This document shows, one piece after another, positions 17,407 through 24,796 of a stretch of 32,000 bases of DNA (position 1 is the first letter of the stretch; each line of letters opens with the position of its first letter). The notes below the pieces were generated by a model. That model worked only from the letters and a program-made list of their open reading frames with translations. It had not been told where the DNA came from and did not search any database. The position numbers and the translations under genes were made by a program. Location of the stretch: NCBI GenBank assembly GCA_001695645.1, contig LVZN01000012.1, positions 60,001 through 92,000 of the forward strand. Direction: 5' to 3'. The DNA is from Erysipelotrichaceae bacterium MTC7. GTDB taxonomy: Bacteria; Bacillota_I; Bacilli_A; Erysipelotrichales; Erysipelotrichaceae.

Positions 17407-17475
17407 GTTTGAAATTTCCATTGTTAACCTTGTTTGTGCTATAGTTAATATAACGGATAGAAAGGGGTAATGACG

Positions 17476-17751
17476 ATGGATGATATTAAGTTAGATAAAA
17501 ATACAAAACTACAAGAAACACTCGATGTATTACCAAGTACTTTACATACAGTCACAAAGCAATGTGAGATAGATGATGATACATTGATTCGTATTAGTTT
17601 GCTTGGAGCAGGAGCATTACTTCTTGCTGGAGGAGCAATATTGCATGAAAAACACCCAATAGCATCTAAAGTCTCAGCGATTGGCGGGATTGGTTGTATT
17701 GGTGCAGAAATTGCTCGTACAATAGTTAAGAAACAGAAACAAGACGATTAG
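17476..17751 (+). CDS. small hypothetical protein with a Gly/Ala-rich membrane segment
   Basis: AAAGGGG sits 8 nt before ATG 17476 (the track's 17470 is too close to the RBS). Hydrophobic stretch LLGAGALLLAGGAIL...AIGGIGCIGAEIA. Followed by its own terminator. Confidence 0.5.
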   Translation: MDDIKLDKNTKLQETLDVLPSTLHTVTKQCEIDDDTLIRISLLGAGALLLAGGAILHEKHPIASKVSAIGGIGCIGAEIARTIVKKQKQDD

Positions 17752-17769
17752 TTTTGTTTCTGTTTTTTT
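17731..17769 (+). terminator. intrinsic terminator
   Basis: AAACAGAAACAA / UUGUUUCUGUUU, a 12-bp stem followed by a U-run; overlaps the 3' end of the small ORF. Confidence 0.75.
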
Positions 17770-17855
17770 ATTTAGTCATTATGATAAAAAGTGTGTATAA
17801 TAGTGTAGGATAATTTCTACATGAAAATAAAACATTGATGTTTTAAGGAGTGCCT

Positions 17856-18626
17856 ATGAGACCTGAAATTGTATTAAGGGCCGGTTCGTTAGCCGGGAAA
17901 ATATTGTTAGAAAACGGAGCAGAGACGTATCGTGTCGAAGAAACGGTTACACGTATATGTGAGGCGTTCCAAGCAGTTGAAGCAAATGCATTTGCGACAC
18001 CTACAGGCTTGTTTGTGTCTTTCGAATATGAAGACGATACATTTGTTAAGGTACTTCGTATCAAGCAAAACACCATGGATTTGGAACGAATTCATTTAGT
18101 TAATGATATTTCTAGAAAATGTGTATTAGGTGAACTTGATGAAGTACAAGCATTAAGTGCGTTACGAAGTGCCGCCACAATTGAAGGGTATAAGAACAGT
18201 CTTAAGGTTCTAAGTGCTGGGTTTGCTGCTATGTTCTTTACATTTCTGTTTGAAGGTAATGTTTTTGATGGTGTTGCTGCTGTGATTGTAGGTTCAATGG
18301 TACAGTTTATAAAAATGAAAATGGAACGATTAAAGTTGAATTCCATTGTAAACATTATTATGTTATCGGCAATGCTTACATTTTTTGTTTTATTTCTAAC
18401 ATACATTGGTTTCGTTGATCATCGAGATATAGCAATTAGTGGAACAATCATGTTGTTAGTTCCAGGAGTAGCAATTACAAACGCAGTACGTGATTGGATA
18501 TCTGGAGATTACATGTCAGGGGCAACAAGGGCAATTGAAGCGTTTTTAATAGCTATAGGGGTCGCTTTAGGGGCAGGGCTAGTATTAAGTCTCTGGATGA
18601 ACTTTGTTGGAGGTGGCGTGTTATGA
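17856..18626 (+). CDS. threonine/serine exporter family protein, ThrE N-type subunit (DUF1212/YjjP-like)
   Basis: AAGGAG, 5 nt, ATG 17856. The LRAGSLAGKILLENGAETYRVEETV opening is typical of ThrE-family proteins; five C-terminal TM spans. Confidence 0.75.
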   Translation: MRPEIVLRAGSLAGKILLENGAETYRVEETVTRICEAFQAVEANAFATPTGLFVSFEYEDDTFVKVLRIKQNTMDLERIHLVNDISRKCVLGELDEVQALSALRSAATIEGYKNSLKVLSAGFAAMFFTFLFEGNVFDGVAAVIVGSMVQFIKMKMERLKLNSIVNIIMLSAMLTFFVLFLTYIGFVDHRDIAISGTIMLLVPGVAITNAVRDWISGDYMSGATRAIEAFLIAIGVALGAGLVLSLWMNFVGGGVL

Positions 18627-19081
18627 TGCTTCTCATTAAAGTTATTAGTGCAGCTTTTTCATCGTTCTTCTTTGGTGTGTTGTTTAACATAAAAAAAGAA
18701 AATTTGGTATATGGTGGAATTGGTGGAGCAATTGGAATGCTCATTTATGAAATTTGTCTTTATGCGAGTTTAGGAGCTGGGGTATCGATGTTTATTGCTG
18801 CAACAGTATTTGCAGCCTATTCTGAAATAATGGCTCGCCTAAGGAAAACGACGGTTACTACATTTGTGATCAGTTCACTTATTCCTTTGGTACCTGGAGG
18901 TGGAATGTATGAAACCATGTTGTACGTTGTAAACAATCATTTAGAAGATGCCATGAACACAGGACTTGATACTTTGATTAAGGCTTGTATGCTAGCGCTA
19001 GGTATGTTATTTGTAACAAGTTTTGCACGTGTGTTCAAATTAAGAAAACGAAGAATAAAAAAAAGAACTTCTATCGAGTAG
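18623..19081 (+). CDS. threonine/serine exporter family protein, small subunit (DUF3815/YjjB-like)
   Basis: ATGA overlap with the upstream gene. Four to five TM spans with the LIPLVPGG motif. Confidence 0.7.
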   Translation: MMLLIKVISAAFSSFFFGVLFNIKKENLVYGGIGGAIGMLIYEICLYASLGAGVSMFIAATVFAAYSEIMARLRKTTVTTFVISSLIPLVPGGGMYETMLYVVNNHLEDAMNTGLDTLIKACMLALGMLFVTSFARVFKLRKRRIKKRTSIE

Positions 19082-19091
19082 AAGTTTTTTT
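19064..19091 (+). terminator. intrinsic terminator
   Basis: AACUUCUA-UCGAG-UAGAAGUU plus U7. Confidence 0.75.
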
Positions 19092-19490
19092 AATATTATG
19101 ATTGAATTGTTCTTTTGCAACAGGAACATTTGTTTATGAACTTAAATATCGAGTTATACATTTGGTAATTAAGCAAAGTAGTAGAATAAGTAAATTACGA
19201 TAACTCGTTTTGAAGTGCGATACCATGTACACTTCAATGTAAAGAATTGGATTCATGGTCATTTGTTGGAGATAGAATCATGACCTCCATATTCTTTAAG
19301 TTACAAAAGAACGCTTCAATCTAATCAGTTGCAAAAGAGAAAGATTAGAAACTTTTAACATCTCATTAACAATATAATAAACGTAAATAAACAATATGTA
19401 AATAAGATGCAATGCATTATATGTTATAAAGTATGGCGGTATATGAAATAATACATCCACCTTATTTACGTGTAAATTCAATTTATTTAT

Positions 19491-20054
19491 TTAAAATGAA
19501 AAGCCTATTGATGCTAAAATTTGATAGATTTTTGTGCAGGGTACGCCAAGGATATTGTAGTATTCACCTTCAATTTTATTGATAAAGCAACTAAGCATAT
19601 GCTCAATTATGTATCCTGTCGAGTCCATGAAAAAAGGTTCATTTTGTATATAGGCATTGATGACATCATTGCTAATTTGATTGAATGTAACATTTGTTAT
19701 AGCGTAACTAGTGTACTCTTTATTTGTTCTAGTATCAATGACGCATATACCTGTAAGTACGTGGTTGGTTCTGTTAGACATTCGTTTAAGTCTTTGTTTG
19801 GCTTGTTGTTCATTCATTGGCTTTTCAAATATTTCATTTTCAAATACGACAAATGTGTCAAGACCGATGATGATTTCACCGGAACTTGATATCACTGATT
19901 TTGCTTTGCCAATTGCATTGCGAATTGCTCTTTCTTTAGGATCCTCTATGTTCTTTAATTCGTCGAATATTCCTTTTCTACATGAGTGGGGAATACCAGC
20001 GTTGCGTAAGATCTCACTTTTATGTTTGGCTGTAGTGGCTAATACGATTTTCAT
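19491..20054 (-). CDS. maf: Maf-like nucleoside triphosphate pyrophosphatase (divergent)
   Basis: The Maf core is recognisable (GLDTFVVFENEIFEKP...A...L..MS.R.H.VLTGICV, and Y.NILGVP near the C-terminus). However, the N-terminal LASxSPRR motif reads LATTAKHK, and the DKAGAYGIQ block reads MDSTGYIIE. Confidence 0.7.
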   Translation of the reverse strand: MKIVLATTAKHKSEILRNAGIPHSCRKGIFDELKNIEDPKERAIRNAIGKAKSVISSSGEIIIGLDTFVVFENEIFEKPMNEQQAKQRLKRMSNRTNHVLTGICVIDTRTNKEYTSYAITNVTFNQISNDVINAYIQNEPFFMDSTGYIIEHMLSCFINKIEGEYYNILGVPCTKIYQILASIGFSF

Positions 20055-20060
20055 ATGCTA

Positions 20061-20069
20061 AGTATAACA
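20061..20069 (-). promoter_or_regulatory. extended -10 promoter placed for a leaderless maf mRNA
   Basis: On the minus strand: TGtTATACT, then tagcat (6 nt), then ATG. No Shine-Dalgarno. Confidence 0.4.
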
Positions 20070-20132
20070 TATTATTATATTTAGGATTATGTTTGTTTAA
20101 CGACAATATAATATTATCGGAGGTATTACGAT

Positions 20133-20951
20133 ATGGAAAGAATTACACCCTTTAAAAAGGAAATTAGTGGAGTGGAGAATGAACGAGAATTTGTCAGAGC
20201 TTTCCACGAAAAGAAAGTAAAAAATCTACCCATACTTCTATGCGAATTGGTTGAAGCACTTTATGGAGATATAGATCGTGATGCAGTAGTTCATGCGTAT
20301 CATATTTATGACAAAATGAAACCAGATTTTTTTATTGTAATTAATGGTGTAAGAAAGTATATCAGCGTAAAAATGGGCTTCAAAACATCAGTACACACAG
20401 AAAATGTATATGATTTTGCACACTTTCTGCGATCAATTGGTGTACCTAGTTCAGCTGTAGAAACTTACTTACGATATCATTTCGCAGATGGTACAACTAA
20501 TGGAAAAGGGGAAACGCGTGTATCTAGCAGTGTTTACAAAGAACAGCATCAAGAAGAAATAGATATATTAAACGAAAAACTAGCTTGTATAAAAAATATT
20601 GATCGTTTACTTGACCGGTTTTTATTTGTAGGAAAACTTTTTGCGCGTCGTGTTGATGCAATAATACTTGGGATTGTGGAAGATAATTTTTGGATTACAC
20701 CAGAAGAAATAAAAGAACAGGTATTGTTACAAATGAAACGAAAAACAACCTGTCCTCGTATTGGACCTTTTTCTATACAACCATTGAATCGATGCTTGAA
20801 TCGAAATGCACGTTATGAAAGAGCACGTTACAGTGTTCAAATTAAATGGTATCAAATTTCTGATGATATTTTTAAAGCTATGATAATTCGTGATGCAAAT
20901 TGTATAAGAGATGAAGAGCAACTTCTAGAAGAGTCTCTACCAAAGTTTTAA
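20133..20951 (+). CDS. putative type II restriction endonuclease-fold protein (HinP1I/MspI-like), solitary
   Basis: GGAGG RBS. Blocks recalled from R.HinP1I appear in the same order: G-x-x-NE-[KR]-[DE]-[IF]-x-x-x-F (SGVENEREFVRAF); K-[SP]-D...[QS]-V-K (KPDFFIVINGVRKYISVK); LRYHF; and C-terminal PR-G...IQ...N...A...Q-[FI]-K (CPRIGPFSIQPLNRCLNRNARYERARYSVQIKW). Confidence 0.5.
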   Translation: MERITPFKKEISGVENEREFVRAFHEKKVKNLPILLCELVEALYGDIDRDAVVHAYHIYDKMKPDFFIVINGVRKYISVKMGFKTSVHTENVYDFAHFLRSIGVPSSAVETYLRYHFADGTTNGKGETRVSSSVYKEQHQEEIDILNEKLACIKNIDRLLDRFLFVGKLFARRVDAIILGIVEDNFWITPEEIKEQVLLQMKRKTTCPRIGPFSIQPLNRCLNRNARYERARYSVQIKWYQISDDIFKAMIIRDANCIRDEEQLLEESLPKF

Positions 20952-21003
20952 ATGAACTTCAGCTATCTGAGTTATATCTATAGATATTAAGCTGACTCGT
21001 GAC

Positions 21004-21036
21004 AATAAAAAAAGCACCCGTATAAACTAGGTACTT
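21004..21036 (-). terminator. intrinsic terminator of the tRNA operon
   Basis: Minus-strand RNA: AGUACCU...GGGUGCU, a 7-bp stem with two G-U pairs (mismatches on the plus strand, so strand-specific), followed by U7. Confidence 0.55.
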
Positions 21037-21046
21037 ATTTCTTAAA

Positions 21047-21120
21047 TGGAGCGGGTGATGAGAATCGAACTCACGTAGTCAGCTTGGAAGGCTGAAGTTC
21101 TACCATTAAACTACACCCGC
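21047..21120 (-). tRNA. tRNA-Gly(UCC)
   Basis: Reverse complement is GCGGGTGTAGTTTAATGGTAGAAC..CCTTCCAAG..GGTTCGATTC..CACCCGCTCCA. Cloverleaf present, anticodon loop CUUCCAA, CCA encoded. Confidence 0.95.
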
Positions 21121-21123
21121 AGA

Positions 21124-21199
21124 TGGTGACCCCTGGGCGATTCGAACGCCCGACCCTTTGATTAAAAGTCAAATGCTCTACCAGCTGAGCTAAGGGGTC
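21124..21199 (-). tRNA. tRNA-Lys(UUU)
   Basis: Reverse complement is GACCCCTTAGCTCAGCTGGTAGAGC..GACTTTTAATC..GTTCGAATC..AGGGGTCACCA. Anticodon loop CUUUUAA. Confidence 0.95.
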
Positions 21200-21216
21200 A
21201 TGTTTGATTAAAATAT

Positions 21217-21292
21217 TGGCTGGGGTAACTGGATTCGAACCAGTGCAATGCCAGAGTCAAAGTCTGGTGCCTTACCGCTTGGCTATACCCCA
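21217..21292 (-). tRNA. tRNA-Gln(UUG)
   Basis: Reverse complement is TGGGGTATAGCCAAGCGGTAAGGCACCAGACTTTGACTCTGG..GGTTCGAATCC..TACCCCAGCCA. Anticodon loop CUUUGAC. Confidence 0.95.
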
Positions 21293-21312
21293 AGAAGTCA
21301 AACCAAAGTAAA

Positions 21313-21396
21313 TGGTGGAGGGGGGCAGATTCGAACTGCCGAACCCTAAGGAACTGAGTTACAGTCAGCCGCGTTTAGCCACTTCGCTACCCCTCC
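21313..21396 (-). tRNA. tRNA-Tyr(GUA)
   Basis: Reverse complement is GGAGGGGTAGCGAAGTGGCTAAACGCGGCTGACTGTAACTCAG.., with a long variable arm, ..GTTCGAATC..CCCCTCCACCA. Anticodon loop CUGUAAC. Confidence 0.95.
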
Positions 21397-21405
21397 AAAA
21401 AAAAA

Positions 21406-21482
<77 letters not shown>

Positions 21483-21487
21483 ATAAA

Positions 21488-21563
21488 TGGTGGAGGTTAA
21501 CGGGCTCGAACCGCTGACCCTCTGCTTGTAAGGCAGATGCTCTCCCAACTGAGCTAAACCTCC
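21488..21563 (-). tRNA. tRNA-Val(UAC)
   Basis: Reverse complement is GGAGGTTTAGCTCAGTTGGGAGAGCATCTGCCTTACAAGCAGAGGGTCAGCGGTTCGAGCCCGTTAACCTCCACCA. Anticodon loop CUUACAA. Confidence 0.95.
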
Positions 21564-21593
21564 ATTTTTTTGACTGAGCATCTGCCTAAGCAG
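21522..21593. repeat. inverted repeat: tRNA-Val D/anticodon-arm segment (21522-21542) versus an 18-nt inverted copy lacking the anticodon triplet (21576-21593)
   Basis: Plus strand 21576-21593 is GAGCATCTGCCTAAGCAG. The tRNA-Val sense sequence is GAGCATCTGCCT-TAC-AAGCAG. That gives 18/18 identity around an exact 3-nt gap. Confidence 0.8.
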
Positions 21594-21609
21594 TTCACAG
21601 TGCTTTTAT

Positions 21610-21638
21610 ATGTTATCATTTGTGCTTATCAGTGTCAA
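21610..21638 (-). promoter_or_regulatory. candidate promoter of the tRNA operon
   Basis: On the minus strand: TTGACA (21638-21633), 17 nt, TGaTAACAT (extended -10, hexamer 21615-21610), with an A/T-rich upstream tract. Confidence 0.45.
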
Positions 21639-22029
21639 TAGGTTTTTTTTAACTTTTTCAACTTTTTTTAAGCACTGTCGGGTCAGCGATGTGAGCTCAT
21701 TTCACTTGCTGATTACCGCCTATTCATAATAACCGAAACAAAACAAAAAGGCAATGAAAAAAAGCAAAAAAATTGAATTTTTTCATTTTTTTTTAATTAG
21801 TTAAACTTTTTCATATTTTTTTTATAAAATTCAAAGAAAACGCTTTTCCTTATATAAAGGGAATCGATTATAGTAATCTTTGAAACCAAATGAATGATTA
21901 TTTTTTTACACTTGTATTTAAAAAGTTAATTTTCTCAAAACATTTATTTTTTTCTTTTGTTGGAAACATTTACATCTTAAACATCCTCTCAATTGTGATA
22001 TACTAATATCAAATCTTTTGGAGGTCTAT

Positions 22030-22458
22030 ATGAATCTATTTAATCCGAATAATCTAAGAAGTAAACAACGTTTTCCGGTAGCAATGCTATTTGGAATACT
22101 TGGTGCAATTGCATGTGCTGTTTTAGTTGCTGCTTTCTATCAAGTCTTTCATGGTTGGTATTATTCATTAATTTATATTGCTGCAGCTTTAGCAATTGGA
22201 AATATTATTAAATATTTTGGTCGAGGAATTGATAATAGATTTTCTATACTAGCTGTACTTTGTTTTGTTCTATGTTTATTTTTAGCAGAATATTTTAGTT
22301 TGTGTTTTTCACTACACATGTTTTCATTATCACTTCTTCCTGTTAGTTTGAAAATGTATTTTGGTAGTTTGTTTGTTGCTGATCCATATAACATTATTCG
22401 TATTTTGATTATGTGCTATGCTGGTTACATTGCATATTACACAGCAAGAATTATGTAG
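22030..22458 (+). CDS. hypothetical integral membrane protein
   Basis: GGAGG, 6 nt, ATG 22030. Four hydrophobic spans. No family recognised. Confidence 0.55.
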   Translation: MNLFNPNNLRSKQRFPVAMLFGILGAIACAVLVAAFYQVFHGWYYSLIYIAAALAIGNIIKYFGRGIDNRFSILAVLCFVLCLFLAEYFSLCFSLHMFSLSLLPVSLKMYFGSLFVADPYNIIRILIMCYAGYIAYYTARIM

Positions 22459-22466
22459 GAATAGCT

Positions 22467-23567
22467 ATGAAGTATCGTGAAACATACGCAGTCATAGATT
22501 TAGATTGCTTATCATACAACTTTAATATAATAAAAAAACATTCAAAAAAGAATGTTTTTTGCGTATGTAAAGCAGATGCATATTCACATGGCGATATTGC
22601 TGTAGCGAATGAATTGTACAACAACGGTGCGAATTACATTTGCGTTTCTTCTATAGACGAAGCAATGTCATTGAGAAACCAAGGGTATCATGGACCTCTT
22701 TTAATTCTTGGTTTTGTTGATACAAGTTGTGTTGAATATGTAATGCATAATAACATTACATTAAGCGTTTTTTCTTTGGAATGGTTGAAAGAAATTGATT
22801 CAAGTATTGATTTGTCTCATCTTAAAGTTCATTTGAAAATTGATACTGGTATGAATCGAATTGGAATGAAAAGCCTGCAAGAAGTGAAATGTGTTTTGGA
22901 ATTTTTAGATGAACGCAAAGTATGCATTGAAGGGATTTACACACATTTTCATAGTGTTGACCAAGTATCGTGTGACAAGCAAACCCGCTGGTTCTATGCA
23001 ATTGTAGATGCATGCAATTATGACTTTAAGTGGGTTCATACGTCTAATTCAGGTGGAACGTTAGCTTACAATGATGTAAGAAGTAATGCGGTACGAGTCG
23101 GGATTGCATTGTATGGAATTGATGTTGTAGATTCGCAATTAGGATTAAAGCCCGTCTTCTCATTATTTACAAAAATTACTTTCAGTAAAAAAATAATGGA
23201 AGGCGAAACTGTAAGTTATGACGCAACTTATCGCGCAGTTAAGGATATGTACATTGCAACATTACCTATTGGGTATGGAGACGGTTTTGTTCGAGCGAAT
23301 ACGGGACGATTTGTGGGGATTGATGGGCATGCATTTGAAATTGTTGGTGCAGTTTGTATGGATCAAATGATGATTCGAACTGACAAATTATATCCTGTTG
23401 GAACAGAAGTAGAATTGATTGGAGAACACATCCCTTTACTTAAAATGGCTAAGGAGTTAGAAATGTCACCATATGAAGTTCTTTGTCTATTTAATACAAG
23501 AATCATGAAAAGGTATAAGAAAAAAGGCATAATTATTAAAGATGTGCATGAACGATTGTTGAAATGA
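22467..23567 (+). CDS. alr: alanine racemase
   Basis: Start MKYRETYAVIDLD. PLP-lysine motif VCKADAYSHG; C-terminal GYGDG and VCMDQMM motifs. Confidence 0.9.
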   Translation: MKYRETYAVIDLDCLSYNFNIIKKHSKKNVFCVCKADAYSHGDIAVANELYNNGANYICVSSIDEAMSLRNQGYHGPLLILGFVDTSCVEYVMHNNITLSVFSLEWLKEIDSSIDLSHLKVHLKIDTGMNRIGMKSLQEVKCVLEFLDERKVCIEGIYTHFHSVDQVSCDKQTRWFYAIVDACNYDFKWVHTSNSGGTLAYNDVRSNAVRVGIALYGIDVVDSQLGLKPVFSLFTKITFSKKIMEGETVSYDATYRAVKDMYIATLPIGYGDGFVRANTGRFVGIDGHAFEIVGAVCMDQMMIRTDKLYPVGTEVELIGEHIPLLKMAKELEMSPYEVLCLFNTRIMKRYKKKGIIIKDVHERLLK

Positions 23568-23620
23568 GTCGCATTGCGTACATAAACTGGTTATAATGTA
23601 GTAAGTAAGAGAGGTTTTGC

Positions 23621-24796
23621 ATGAAACAATACTTTAAAGATAATAAAAATACATTATTTGTGGCATTTGCTATCATCATTTTCTTAGCGATTGTCTTGCA
23701 AATTGATAAAATAATTAGTTTCTTTTTGACCGTTTTTGATGTCTTTAATCCGTTATTCATTGCGATCGGAATCGCTTTTATCTTGAATATTCCAATGAAA
23801 GCCATCGAAGCAGGATTAGCAAAAATATCAAAAAATAATAAAATATTCAATAAATTTATCCGACCATTAGCAATTATCTTAACACTACTATTTGCGGTTG
23901 TAATTTTATGGTTGTTAACAATCATCATTTTACCGAGAGTTGCAGAGAGTATCGTTTATGTTTTTAATAATTTTAGCACAATTGTAAACAATTCAATTGA
24001 CTCAGTAGATAGTATTCTTAAAGACTTACACGTTGGATACAAATTACAAGATATACCTTACATTAAAGAAATTCAGAACATATCAAAGGACCAGGACTTG
24101 TTCAAACACGTAGTTACTTTTTTTGGAAGTATCACACAAGGTGTAGTGAAGAATGCAGTTGATTTTACAAATGCTTTCTTTAATTATTTCTTGGCGTTTT
24201 GTTTAAGTATTTACTTATTAGCTGGAAAAGAACAACTGATTTTTCAAACAAGAAAAGTCATCCTTGCTTTGGTCCCAAAAAAAATATCAGACTTCGTGTT
24301 TGAGACTGGATCAAAAGCAAATGTAATATTTAAAAATTTCGTTGGTGGACAGTTGGTTGATTGTATCATCAAAGGTGTGATGTTTTACATAGTATTTCAA
24401 TTTTTGGACTATCGATTTACAGAATTGATGGCAACTATTATTGCTGTTTGTAGTATTGTTCCAGTTTTCGGTCCAATCTTTGCTATGATGATATGTTTTG
24501 TTTTGATTTTTTCATACAATCCAATCAATGCATTGTGGTTTATCATAATTTTCCAAGTCTTATCAAATCTGGAAGGACAAGTTATTTATCCAAAGATTGT
24601 CGGAAAGACAATTGGATTGCCAGGAATATGGGTGTTACTTTCAATTTTTATTCTGGGTGGAAAGTTTGGTGTCGCGGGTATGTTACTTGCAGTCCCAATT
24701 ACAGCTTTAGTTTATGAACTATTTGTGGAATTTATTAATAAACGACTTAAAAAGAAAAATATTGAAATGATTGATTTTGAAGAGGGAGAGAAGTAA
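23621..24796 (+). CDS. AI-2E family transporter (PerM/UPF0118)
   Basis: Eight hydrophobic spans. C-terminal GLPGIWVLLSIFILGGKFGVAGMLLAVPI pattern typical of the family. Confidence 0.8.
   Translation: MKQYFKDNKNTLFVAFAIIIFLAIVLQIDKIISFFLTVFDVFNPLFIAIGIAFILNIPMKAIEAGLAKISKNNKIFNKFIRPLAIILTLLFAVVILWLLTIIILPRVAESIVYVFNNFSTIVNNSIDSVDSILKDLHVGYKLQDIPYIKEIQNISKDQDLFKHVVTFFGSITQGVVKNAVDFTNAFFNYFLAFCLSIYLLAGKEQLIFQTRKVILALVPKKISDFVFETGSKANVIFKNFVGGQLVDCIIKGVMFYIVFQFLDYRFTELMATIIAVCSIVPVFGPIFAMMICFVLIFSYNPINALWFIIIFQVLSNLEGQVIYPKIVGKTIGLPGIWVLLSIFILGGKFGVAGMLLAVPITALVYELFVEFINKRLKKKNIEMIDFEEGEK

Noticed and set aside
19296-19481. 61-aa minus-strand ORF in the thrE-maf gap
   Set aside because: Its composition is AT-driven and rich in Ile, Tyr, Leu and Asn. 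It has no RBS and no recognisable features, so it is kept only as part of the note on the unexplained gap.
21573-21705. An intact plus-strand tRNA or an intron-containing tRNA-Val
   Set aside because: Only fragments match: 18 nt, plus 13 of 17 nt. There is no acceptor stem, the anticodon is missing, and the 85-nt intervening segment is far too short and unstructured for a group I intron.
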